From Gammaproteobacteria bacterium (GTDB lineage: Bacteria; Pseudomonadota; Gammaproteobacteria; GCA-002705445; GCA-002716945), in contig JAYQJW010000002.1 in the NCBI GenBank assembly GCA_038142325.1, forward strand, positions 491,324 through 555,323: a stretch of DNA of 64,000 nucleotides. The letters are read 5' to 3'. Numbering within the stretch: position 1 is the stretch's first letter; every line of letters begins with the position of its first letter. A model generated the notes under the pieces. The model searched no databases, was not told the origin of the DNA, and saw nothing but the letters and a program-made list of their open reading frames with translations. Shown piece by piece: positions 11,570-21,363 of this stretch. Position numbers and translations under genes: made by a program.

Positions 11570-12271
11570 TTGTCCTTTATTAATTATGAACTTATTACCA
11601 TCTAGAGTAAGCACATAAAAATTATTGTACCAATCTCCCAATACATATCTAATTACATTATCGTGATGATGTATGTTTGGTCTGTGAGTATGTCCATGTA
11701 TAATTATATCTGGGTCATGTTTTTCTATTACAGATAAGACTTCGTTTTCATTGACATCCATTATCTCTTCACCCTTTTCCATATTTGCTTCTTTGCTTTT
11801 CTTTCTTAATGCCTCGGCAATCATTAATCTTTCATCAAGAGGTTTGTTCAACATTTCATTTTGCCATTTTTCTGATCTTACCATTAACCTAAACTTTTGA
11901 TAATCCAGGTCATCAGTACAAAGTGTGTCTCCATGCAATAACAGTATTTTCATGTTTCCATTATTGATAATGGTAGGATCTTGTAGAAGATTAATTTTTA
12001 AGTTGTCACAAATCTTTTTTGATACAAGAAAGTCACGATTACCATGCATGTACCAAATATTAATTTTTTTACCTACATCAATTATCGCTTCACAAACATC
12101 ATCAAGCCCATCCATTGGATCATCATCGCCAACCCAGTATTCAAATAAATCTCCAAGTATATAAAGATCAGATACATTATTATCTAATGATTTAAGGTAA
12201 TATATAAAGTAGTTATTTATATGAGGTCTAGATTTGTCTAGGTGAAGATCAGAGATAAAATTTATACTCAT
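11561..12271 (-). CDS. lpxH: UDP-2,3-diacylglucosamine hydrolase
   Basis: FISDLHL, GDLFEYWVGDD, HGNRDFL, HGDTLCTDD, HGHTHRP, VLGDW. Confidence 0.96.
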   Translation of the reverse strand: MSINFISDLHLDKSRPHINNYFIYYLKSLDNNVSDLYILGDLFEYWVGDDDPMDGLDDVCEAIIDVGKKINIWYMHGNRDFLVSKKICDNLKINLLQDPTIINNGNMKILLLHGDTLCTDDLDYQKFRLMVRSEKWQNEMLNKPLDERLMIAEALRKKSKEANMEKGEEIMDVNENEVLSVIEKHDPDIIIHGHTHRPNIHHHDNVIRYVLGDWYNNFYVLTLDGNKFIINKGQLK

Positions 12272-12276
12272 TAATT

Positions 12277-12873
12277 TTATTCTATAACTATGACTTCACT
12301 AATCACTACATTTTCTATTGGTACGTCTGAGTGTCCAGCATTATTACCTGTTGGAACAACACCAATCTGTTCAACAATTTCAATCCCATCAGTTACTTGT
12401 CCAAACACACAGTAACCATAACCATCTGCAGCATTTGCTTTATCTAGAAATTCGTTATCTCTTAAATTTATGAAAAATTGTGAAGTTGCAGAGTTTGGAC
12501 TACTTGTTCTTGCCATAGCAATTGTTCCTTTCTTATTACTTATGTTGTTATCTGATTCATTAATTATTGGATCGTAAGTATCAATTTGAGTCATATCTGG
12601 AAGATGACCACCACCTTGTATCATAAAATTTGGAATTACTCTATGAAATATTGTTCCATTTAATTTTCCATCTTTTGTATATTTTAAAAAATTTGCCACT
12701 GTCTCTGGTGCTTTGTCTTGAAATAATTCAATCGTAATATCACCCATGTTTGTTGAAAGCTTAATCAATTTAATCTCCTTTGATGTATTATCATGTATAA
12801 TATCACTACATGATGTTGTGCTCATAAAAAGCATTAATAATAATAGATATTTTATCCTGTAAATCTTGAACAT
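12277..12873 (-). CDS. Cyclophilin-type peptidyl-prolyl isomerase with N-terminal export-like signal
   Basis: FHRVIPNFMIQGGG, IAMART, SATSQFFIN; occupies the ppiB position but has a hydrophobic N-terminus. Confidence 0.93.
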   Translation of the reverse strand: MFKIYRIKYLLLLMLFMSTTSCSDIIHDNTSKEIKLIKLSTNMGDITIELFQDKAPETVANFLKYTKDGKLNGTIFHRVIPNFMIQGGGHLPDMTQIDTYDPIINESDNNISNKKGTIAMARTSSPNSATSQFFINLRDNEFLDKANAADGYGYCVFGQVTDGIEIVEQIGVVPTGNNAGHSDVPIENVVISEVIVIE

Positions 12874-12892
12874 TTTAATAATGATACATTAA

Positions 12893-14224
12893 ATGAATTT
12901 ATACATCCATAACACCTTAACAAACAAAAAAGAACTATTTGTTCCTCATAAAAAAAATAAGGTCAATATGTATGTTTGTGGACCAACTGTATATAGTAAT
13001 CCTCACATTGGAAATGCTCGTGCGGCACTTATTGGTGATTTGTATTTTCGTATATTATCTGAACTTTTTTCTGAGGTGACTTACATAAGAAATCTAACAG
13101 ATGTCGATGATAAGATCATTGCACAATCTAAAAAAACAGGCGTACCAATTAATGAGATAACTGAATCTGTTGCTAATTCATATAAAGATAATATGTTGAG
13201 CCTCAACATGCTGAAACCTACTTATGAGCCAAGAGTCACAGACAACATTGATAACATTATTGATACCATCAACAAAATCATAGCCAATAAATCAGCCTAT
13301 ATTTCAGATGGTCATGTAGTATTTGATATGGAATCATATACACAATATGGCTCATTGTCTAAGAAGGTAGCTGAAGACCTGATCGATGGAGCCAGAATAG
13401 AGCCTGAATCATATAAAAAAAACCCAAAAGATTTTGTTTTATGGAAGCCAGCACTAAATGATGATTGTGGGTGGTCAAGTCCATGGGGCTATGGGAGGCC
13501 TGGATGGCACATTGAGTGTACTAGTATGATTAAGAGCTTGATAGGCAACGATCAAACTCTAGACATACACGGAGGGGGCAATGATTTAATATTTCCTCAT
13601 CATGAAAATGAGATTGCTCAAGGATCATGTTGTTCATCTGCTAATTATTGTAACTATTGGTTTCATAATGGAATTGTTTTAGTCAATAAAAAGAAAATGT
13701 CAAAGTCTCTGGGCAATGTAATTTTAGTATCCGATATACTTCAGGACATCAATCCAAACATCATAAGATTAGCTCTAATGAGCGCACATTACAGGCAACC
13801 ACTTAACTGGACAAATGAAACTCTAAAATATTCTACAAATGTTTTTGAAAAGATTTATTCAAGTCTAGCGGTTCATGATGGATTGTCTTTTGAAAAGGAT
13901 GAGTTGTTTCTTAAATTGTTGTGTGATGACATCAACACACCTAATGCAATTCAATATTTAATAAAGCAATCTAAAGAGGTAAGAAATAAGGATAATTTAT
14001 TACCAAAATTCGCATATAACTGTAACTTGATTGGTATAAAAGCCGTGTCATCAAAAATAGATAAAGCACTTGAAGATAAGATTAATGATTTGATTGATCA
14101 GCGGGAGAGCGCTAGAAAAAATAAAGACTTTGATACCGCTGATAAGATTAGAGATGAAATAGAGACAATGGGTATAGAGCTTAAAGATACCCCTGATGGA
14201 GTATCGTGGAAAATTAAGTCTTAG
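12893..14224 (+). CDS. cysS: Cysteine--tRNA ligase
   Basis: YVCGPTVY, HIGN, GRPGWHIEC, DLIFPHHENE, KMSKS. Confidence 0.98.
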   Translation: MNLYIHNTLTNKKELFVPHKKNKVNMYVCGPTVYSNPHIGNARAALIGDLYFRILSELFSEVTYIRNLTDVDDKIIAQSKKTGVPINEITESVANSYKDNMLSLNMLKPTYEPRVTDNIDNIIDTINKIIANKSAYISDGHVVFDMESYTQYGSLSKKVAEDLIDGARIEPESYKKNPKDFVLWKPALNDDCGWSSPWGYGRPGWHIECTSMIKSLIGNDQTLDIHGGGNDLIFPHHENEIAQGSCCSSANYCNYWFHNGIVLVNKKKMSKSLGNVILVSDILQDINPNIIRLALMSAHYRQPLNWTNETLKYSTNVFEKIYSSLAVHDGLSFEKDELFLKLLCDDINTPNAIQYLIKQSKEVRNKDNLLPKFAYNCNLIGIKAVSSKIDKALEDKINDLIDQRESARKNKDFDTADKIRDEIETMGIELKDTPDGVSWKIKS

Positions 14225-14267
14225 AAGGATTTAATATATATTTAGTATAGGTATAATAAGCACACAA

Positions 14268-14341
14268 CGGGGTGTAGCGCAGCTTGGTAGCGCGGCTGGT
14301 TTGGGACCAGTAGGTCGTAGGTTCGAATCCTATCACCCCGA
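14268..14341 (+). tRNA. tRNA-Pro(TGG)
   Basis: CGGGGTG/CACCCCG acceptor stem, CTGGT-TTGGGA-CCAG anticodon arm, GTTCGAATC T-loop; TATAAT at 14252-14257 upstream. Confidence 0.96.
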
Positions 14342-14346
14342 AATAT

Positions 14347-14421
14347 GCGCCTGTAGCTCAGTTGGATTAGAGTATATCGCTACGAACGATAGGGTCGGAG
14401 GTTCGAGTCCTTCCAGGCGCG
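14347..14421 (+). tRNA. tRNA-Arg(ACG)
   Basis: GCGCCTG/CAGGCGC acceptor stem, ATCG-CTACGAA-CGAT anticodon arm. Confidence 0.95.
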
Positions 14422-14423
14422 TA

Positions 14424-14432
14424 TGTTATAAT
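14424..14432 (+). promoter_or_regulatory. Extended -10 element upstream of tRNA-His
   Basis: Exact TGnTATAAT (TGTTATAAT) in the 26-nt Arg-His spacer. Confidence 0.5.
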
Positions 14433-14447
14433 GTTTATAGAGAATAT

Positions 14448-14520
14448 GGTGGGTGTAGCTCAGTGGTAGAGCCCTGGTTTGTGGTACCGGTTGTCGTGGG
14501 TTCGAATCCCATCATCCACC
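14448..14520 (+). tRNA. tRNA-His(GTG)
   Basis: 8-bp GGTGGGTG/CATCCACC acceptor stem including G-1; CTGGT-TTGTGGT-ACCGG anticodon arm. Confidence 0.96.
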
Positions 14521-14529
14521 CAAAATTTT

Positions 14530-14610
<81 letters not shown>

Positions 14611-14628
14611 AAATTTGAAGGTAATAGC

Positions 14629-15033
14629 ATGGCAAAAATTTATCATAAAGAGTTCAAAAAAAAACTTGAAGATAAGAAGAAGATAATCTGGACTAATGAG
14701 CCTAAACATGAGAATAAGTTCAAGAAGAATTTGGAAGAAAAAAGAGCATTTTTCAAAACAACACTATTAGATTATTTGGAAGATGACATTATCAAAAAAT
14801 GCGATAGATCTTTTGATATTTGTGCACTGAAATACGGACCTAAAGACTCTAACCACGAGAGCACACTAGTATTACAAGAATATTCTAATGATGAATCCGA
14901 TCTTATTTCTACGTGGGAGTTTCTTTTATACAATAGAGATTCTGAAGATTATGATGATTCAAAATTTTTCACTGATTCAGACAAAGCACTCGTATATTTC
15001 ATTGATAAAACAAATAAATTGATTAATAATTAA
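14629..15033 (+). CDS. Hypothetical protein, 134 aa (basic N-half, acidic C-half)
   Basis: ATG 14629 after GAAGGT; fills the space from tRNA-Leu to tig; the 14479 start in the ORF track runs through tRNAs and is wrong. Confidence 0.75.
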   Translation: MAKIYHKEFKKKLEDKKKIIWTNEPKHENKFKKNLEEKRAFFKTTLLDYLEDDIIKKCDRSFDICALKYGPKDSNHESTLVLQEYSNDESDLISTWEFLLYNRDSEDYDDSKFFTDSDKALVYFIDKTNKLINN

Positions 15034-15039
15034 GCACCT

Positions 15040-16344
15040 ATGAGTCAAGTAAAAACCATCAAAGAATCATCAGCAGAATTAAAAATATCTGTTGAGATTG
15101 AATCATCTGAATATGAAAAAATTTTTAATGACGAACTCATTAAACTTGCTAAAACAGTTAAACTTGATGGTTTTAGACAAGGTAAAGTTCCAGTTGCTGT
15201 TATTAGAAAAAAATATGAAGGTCAATGTCATCAAAAAACTATTAGCTATTTAATTGATACATACACACAAAAAATTATTAATGAAAAAAAATTAGATTTG
15301 GTGGATACACCATCAGCTAAGCTATTAGATGCATCATCTAAGAACAAAAATTTATCATTTGAAATCAGTTTTAATATTATGCCTGAAATTGACTTAAAAC
15401 TATTAAAGACATGTAAACTTGAAGTTCCTGAAGTTGAAATAAATGATAATGACATTGATAAAGTTATTTATAACATAAGAAAACAGAATGCAACTTGGAA
15501 TGACTCAGACAAACCAGCTGCTGATGGCGACAAAGTTGTTGTTGATTATGAGGGAAAAATTGATGGGAAAGCATTCACAAACAACAAACAGGATGATTTT
15601 ACTTTTATAATTAATGATACCATTAAAGGTGATCCTGCTACAGTAGCACTCTTCAAAGAATTTTCTTCTAAGTGTCTAAACACTAAAGTGCAGGACGTCG
15701 TGGAAGTAACAAATCAAATGCCTGATGATTTTACTGACAAAGAACTTGCTAGTAAAATGGTCATTTACACAGTAAAAATAAAAAAAATATTAAAAGGACA
15801 ACTGCCAGACCTTAATAAGGATTTTTATGAGACTCTCGGCATACCAACTGATGACGAAAAAATATTTAGAGATAGTGTAAAGACTCATATGAACTTTGAA
15901 CTATCAGATAAATTAGTCTCAAAAAAATATGGTCTAGTTAATGAAAGTTTAGTAAATATTTTTGATTTTCCGTTATCAGAAAATTTAGTAAGCAAGCATC
16001 AAAGGGAACTTGATGAACAATATAAATCTTTAAAACAATCCGATGAAAATTTAGATGATAAAATTAAAGATATTGCTATCAAAAGGGTTAAGTTAAACAT
16101 GATTTATATGTGTCTAGCAAAAGAAGTAAAGACAAACATTACTGACCAAGAAGCAATAGATTTTTGTAATGAGCAATCTCCAGCATTCAGACAATTCTAT
16201 AGTGAAAAAATAAAAAAAGATAAAGCTTCAACATTATTGGACGTTAAGAATAAAATAGTAGAAAATAGTATAGTGGAATATGTTATTCAAAACTCTGAAT
16301 CAAATAAAGTTGAAATGTCATTTTCAGAGGTGATGGATGGCTAA
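15040..16344 (+). CDS. tig: Trigger factor
   Basis: GFRQGKVP ribosome-binding motif, FKBP domain [10 protein letters not shown], upstream of clpP. Confidence 0.95.
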   Translation: MSQVKTIKESSAELKISVEIESSEYEKIFNDELIKLAKTVKLDGFRQGKVPVAVIRKKYEGQCHQKTISYLIDTYTQKIINEKKLDLVDTPSAKLLDASSKNKNLSFEISFNIMPEIDLKLLKTCKLEVPEVEINDNDIDKVIYNIRKQNATWNDSDKPAADGDKVVVDYEGKIDGKAFTNNKQDDFTFIINDTIKGDPATVALFKEFSSKCLNTKVQDVVEVTNQMPDDFTDKELASKMVIYTVKIKKILKGQLPDLNKDFYETLGIPTDDEKIFRDSVKTHMNFELSDKLVSKKYGLVNESLVNIFDFPLSENLVSKHQRELDEQYKSLKQSDENLDDKIKDIAIKRVKLNMIYMCLAKEVKTNITDQEAIDFCNEQSPAFRQFYSEKIKKDKASTLLDVKNKIVENSIVEYVIQNSESNKVEMSFSEVMDG

Positions 16345-16936
16345 TACATATAATAACCTTGTACCTATGGTTGTAGAATCTACATCTAGAGGTGAACGTG
16401 CGTTTGATATTTATTCGAGACTTTTAAAAGAAAGAATAATATTTTTAACGGGTCCAATAGATGATAATCTCTCTAACCTAATAGTTGCGCAATTACTTTT
16501 TCTAGAATCTGAAGATCCAAAATCCGACATCTCACTTTATATTAATAGTCCAGGGGGAAGCGTGACTTCTGGTTTGTCTATTCTTGATACAATGAACTTT
16601 ATAAAACCATCAGTTAGCACACTGTGTGTTGGACAAGCTGCAAGTATGGGAGCAGTTTTACTGAGTGGCGGTGAAAAAAACAAAAGATTTTGTTTGTCTA
16701 ATTCTCGCGTAATGATTCATCAACCTTTGGGTTCGTTTCAAGGTCAAGCAACAGATTTCGACATTCAAGCAAAAGAAATATTAAGCATACGAGCTAGACT
16801 AAATGAAATTCTCTCTAAAAATACAGGACAAAGCATTAAAAAAATACAAGCAGACACTGAGAGAGATAACTTCATGCAAGCTGAGGAAGCTAAAAAGTAC
16901 GGCTTAATCGACAACATCTTAACTAGTAGAGAATAA
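16337..16936 (+). CDS. clpP: Clp protease proteolytic subunit
   Basis: [33 protein letters not shown]. Confidence 0.98.
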   Translation: MANTYNNLVPMVVESTSRGERAFDIYSRLLKERIIFLTGPIDDNLSNLIVAQLLFLESEDPKSDISLYINSPGGSVTSGLSILDTMNFIKPSVSTLCVGQAASMGAVLLSGGEKNKRFCLSNSRVMIHQPLGSFQGQATDFDIQAKEILSIRARLNEILSKNTGQSIKKIQADTERDNFMQAEEAKKYGLIDNILTSRE

Positions 16937-16991
16937 ATCTCAAGAATTTGATTATATAAAGTTTCCTTGTATACTGAGAAGAGGTATATAT

Positions 16992-18260
16992 ATGGACGAT
17001 AATACAAAAAATTCATCTAAGTTACTTCACTGTTCTTTCTGCGGTAAGAATCAAAACGAGGTCGCCAAATTAATAGCTGGTCCATCTGTTTTTATATGTG
17101 ATGAATGTGTTGATTTATGTAATGAAATTATTAGTGTTGAGCTAGAGGAGAAATCAGCGCAATCAAAAGAAAAGTTACCTAAACCTCATGAAATAAATGA
17201 TATTTTAGACAATTATGTTATTGGTCAACCACACGCTAAAAAAGTTCTATCTGTTGCTGTCTACAATCATTACAAGAAGCTTAATATTACTCCTAAAAAA
17301 AATGATGTTGAATTAAACAAAAGCAATATCTTGCTCATTGGACCAACAGGTTCTGGAAAAACACTACTTGCTGAGACACTTGCAAGACTACTGAATGTCC
17401 CTTTTACCATTGCTGACGCAACAACACTTACCGAAGCTGGATATGTAGGTGAAGATGTTGAAAATATAATACAGAAATTATTACAAAAATGTGATTATGA
17501 TGTAGAGAAAGCGCAAACTGGGATAGTGTATATTGATGAAATTGATAAAATTTCTAGAAAATCGGATAATCCATCTATTACAAGAGATGTATCAGGCGAT
17601 GGAGTTCAACAGGCATTATTATAGCTTATAGAAGGAACTATTGCATCTGTACCTCCTCAAGGTGGAAGAAAACATCCTCAACAAGAATTCCTTCAAGTTG
17701 ACACATCCAATATGCTATTTATCGTGGGTGGAGCATTCTCTGGATTAGACAAAATAATTAACCAGAGAAAAAATGATTCTGGAATAGGTTTCTCAGCAAA
17801 GGTAAAAGATATTAAAGCTGACAAATCATTTTCACAGACATTAGATAGTGTTGGCCCTGAGGATCTTATCAAGTTTGGTTTAATTCCTGAGTTCGTTGGA
17901 AGATTGCCTGTTACCGCAACACTTGATGAGCTTGATGAAAAGTCACTAATAAGAATACTTACAGAGCCGAAAAATGCCCTTGTTAATCAATACAAAAAAC
18001 TATTTGATATGGAAGGATGTGAGCTTGAATTTAGACAAGATGCATTATCTGCAATTGCTAAAAAAGCTATGAAAAGAAAAACTGGAGCTAGAGGCCTGAG
18101 AACATTAATTGAAAGTCTTTTGCTAGATACAATGTACGATCTTCCATCTCAAGAGGATATAGTCAAAGTTGTTATCGACAAGAACGTTGTTGATGCTGAA
18201 TCTAAGCCGTTAATAATTTATAAGTCTAAGAGCGGCGAAAAAGAAGTTAGTAAGTCTTGA
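16992..18260 (+). CDS. clpX: Clp protease ATPase ClpX (in-frame TAG at 17622-17624)
   Basis: CSFCGK zinc finger, [15 protein letters not shown]; frame continues past TAG with [18 protein letters not shown] to TGARGLR. Confidence 0.96.
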
Positions 18261-18281
18261 TAATTTAAAATTCGACCATAG
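18256..18281 (+). promoter_or_regulatory. Possible sigma32-type promoter for lon
   Basis: CTTGAT...gaCCATAG resembles the CTTGAA-N13/14-CCCCAT heat-shock consensus; lon is a classic sigma32 target; match is imperfect. Confidence 0.3.
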
Positions 18282-18290
18282 ATTAGTGTT

Positions 18291-20688
18291 ATGAAGAAAA
18301 AGTATTTATCACTTCCGTTATTGCCTCTCAGGGATGTAGTTATTTATCCTAATATGGTTGTACCTCTATTTGTTGGAAGGGACTTATCGATTAAATCTTT
18401 AGATGAATCTATGAATAATCATCACAAAAATATTGTTCTTGTGACACAAAAGAGCGCCCAAGTTGATGATCCAGATGCAAATGATTTGTATAAAATTGGA
18501 ACTGAAGCAAATATACTTCAGCTGCTAAAATTACCCGATGGAACTATGAAAGTTTTAGTTGAGGGTGTCTCTCGTGTCGAAATTAATAAAATTGAAAATA
18601 ACAGCATATTAACATGCACATATTCTCATTTGGATAGTGAAAATCTTGATAATGATAATCAGCACGATGCATTATTCAGAACATTGGAGGATACATTCTC
18701 AAATTATGTAAAGCTAAACAAAAAAGTCCCACCTGAAGTTATATCTTCAGTAACAGGTATAGATGATTTATCTAAACTTGCTGACAGTATAGCTGCTCAC
18801 ATGACATTAAAACTTGATGAGAAACAGCAAGTTTTAGAACTTATAGACATAAAAAAACGTTGTGAATACTTAATTAAAGCTATGGAGGGTGAGCTAGATA
18901 TTCTTCATGTTGAGAAGAAAATAAGGAGTCGAGTTAAACAGCAAATGGAAAAGAGTCAGAGAGAATATTACCTCAACGAACAAATGAAAGCCATTCAAAA
19001 AGAACTTGGCGAAATTGGAGACGATAATAATGATATAGATCAACTCCTAAATAAAATCAAATCTCTTAAACTCCCTGGCTGATGCACATGAAAAAGCAAT
19101 GAGTGAATTTAATAAACTAAAAATGATGTCACCAATGTCTGCTGAGGCTACTGTGGTAAGAAATTATCTAGATATTCTTGTAAGCTTACCATGGAACCAA
19201 TCGACTGAGATATCAACAGATATGGTAAGTGCTAATAAAATACTCGAAGATGATCATCATGGACTTGAAAAAGTCAAAGAGAGAATACTTGAGTATTTAG
19301 CAGTTACAAAAAGAGTAAATAAAATCAGAGGTCCTATTTTATGCTTAGTTGGACCACCTGGTGTCGGTAAGACATCATTAGCAAAATCTATAGCTAGATC
19401 TACATCTCGTAAGTTTATTAAGATGTCACTTGGAGGGGTAAGGGACGAAGCTGAAATAAGAGGGCATCGTAAGACTTATATAGGATCAATGCCTGGAAAG
19501 ATAATGCAAAATCTTGGTAAAGTTAAAACTAATAACCCTTTATTTTTACTTGATGAAATAGATAAAATGGCTATGGACTTCAGAGGAGATCCATCATCTG
19601 CGCTTCTTGAAGTATTAGATCCTGAGCAAAATAATGCATTTAATGATCATTACCTTGAGGTAGATTTTGATCTATCGAATATTATGTTTATCGCTACTGC
19701 GAACTCAACTGATACAATACCTGCACCTCTTTTAGATAGAATGGAGGTAATTAGACTACCGGGATATACCCAGAATGAGAAACTTGAGATTGCTAAAAAA
19801 TATTTAGTTCCAAAGCAATTCAAAATGAACGGCTTAAAAAGCAATGAACTTACTATATCTATTAAAACTATTAAAGACATCATAAGTAGTTATACAAGAG
19901 AAGCCGGAGTAAGAAGTCTAGATAGAGAAATAAATAAAATTTGCAGAAAAGTTGTTAAAGAAATTTTAATGTCAGATAAAACTAAACTAAAAATATTACC
20001 GAATGAAATAGAAAATTATCTTGGTGTCAGAAGATTCTCCTCAATGATGCGTGATAAAAAAGATATGATAGGTCAAGCAAATGGCCTTGCTTGGACATCT
20101 GTTGGTGGTGAAATGTTAAGAGTTGAGTGTGAAGCTATGTCTGGAAAGGGAAAAATTACACAAACAGGACAACTTGGTGATGTAATGCAAGAATCTATTA
20201 AGGCAGCTATAACCGTTGTGAAGACGAGATCATTAGATTTAGCGATAGATTTAGAAGATTTTGATAAAAAAGATATTCACATACATGTGCCCGAGGGAGC
20301 AACACCCAAAGATGGTCCTAGTGCTGGGATAACTATGGCCCTAGCAGTTGCTTCGGCTTTATCTAATATACCAATCAAATCTGATATTGCGATGACTGGC
20401 GAGATAACTTTAAGAGGCGAAGTGCTTGAGATAGGCGGTCTCAAAGAAAAACTCTTAGCGGCTCAAAGATCTGGCATAAAAGAAGTCATTATTCCAAAAG
20501 ATAATGAAAAAGATCTTAGAGATATCCCTAGTATTATTTTAGATAAACTAAAAATAAACGCTGTTAAATTTGTTGATGAAGTGTTTGCTATAGCTCTAAA
20601 AAGCAAACCAATTAAATCAAAATCTAAAGTGACTAAAACTAGTCCCGAAAAGAATAAGGTAGAAAATATTTCTAAAAATTTACAATAG
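18291..20688 (+). CDS. lon: Lon protease (frameshift ~19077)
   Basis: LPLRDVV N-domain, [27 protein letters not shown]; removing one G joins the two ORFs. Confidence 0.97.
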
Positions 20689-20838
20689 CTTACAAAAAAT
20701 TCCTAAAAGTAAACAAAAATTTACAGTTTTTTTATGATATTTATTATATTTAATATACATTTTAAAGCTTATTGATGTAGAATAATTCTTATGTTGATTA
20801 CATTCAACATTCTATAACTGCGATTAAAGAGGTGTTAA

Positions 20839-21111
20839 ATGAATAAAGCAGAATTTATCAATGCTGTTTCTGAAGCAGCAGGTAGTAGCAAGTCTGATGC
20901 CACAGCTCATGTTGAGGCAATGATAAGTGTAGTAACTAATGCTCTTAAAAGCGATAGTGAAGTTGCGCTTGTTGGTTTTGGAACTTTTAAGGCAAAGAAA
21001 AGGGAAGCAAGAACTGGGCGTAATCCAAGAACAGGGGAATCAATTCAAATCTCTGCTTCTGTAGTACCTTCTTTCAAAGCTGGTAAAGCTTTAAAAGATG
21101 CTCTTAATTAG
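20839..21111 (+). CDS. hupB: DNA-binding protein HU
   Basis: MNKAEFI, LVGFGTF, RTGRNPRTGE, FKAGKALKDA; GAGGT SD; lon-hupB-ppiD synteny. Confidence 0.96.
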   Translation: MNKAEFINAVSEAAGSSKSDATAHVEAMISVVTNALKSDSEVALVGFGTFKAKKREARTGRNPRTGESIQISASVVPSFKAGKALKDALN

Positions 21112-21124
21112 AAATTCTAATTAA

Positions 21125-21201
21125 GGGTGATTAGCTCAGCTGGTTAGAGCGCCGCCCTTACAAGGCGGAGGTCGTAAGTTCGACTCTTACATCACCCACC
21201 A
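21125..21201 (+). tRNA. tRNA-Val(TAC)
   Basis: GGGTGAT/ATCACCC stem, CCGCC-CTTACAA-GGCGG arm, encoded CCA. Confidence 0.97.
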
Positions 21202-21213
21202 AAAAATTATTAT

Positions 21214-21237
21214 AAGAAGCAGCGAAAGCTGCTTCTT
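21214..21237. terminator. Intrinsic terminator-like hairpin after tRNA-Val
   Basis: AAGAAGCAGC-GAAA-GCTGCTTCTT perfect 10-bp stem with GNRA loop. Confidence 0.75.
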
Positions 21238-21274
21238 TAGTAATAATAATTTGTGTTAATATACATCACAACAC

Positions 21275-21348
21275 GGAGGCGTAGTTCAGTTGGTTAGAAT
21301 GCCTGCCTGTCACGCAGGAGGTCGAGGGTTCGAGTCCCTTCGTCTCCG
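21275..21348 (+). tRNA. tRNA-Asp(GTC)
   Basis: GGAGGCG/CGTCTCC stem, CCTGC-CTGTCAC-GCAGG arm. Confidence 0.96.
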
Positions 21349-21363
21349 TGAAATACTATTATA

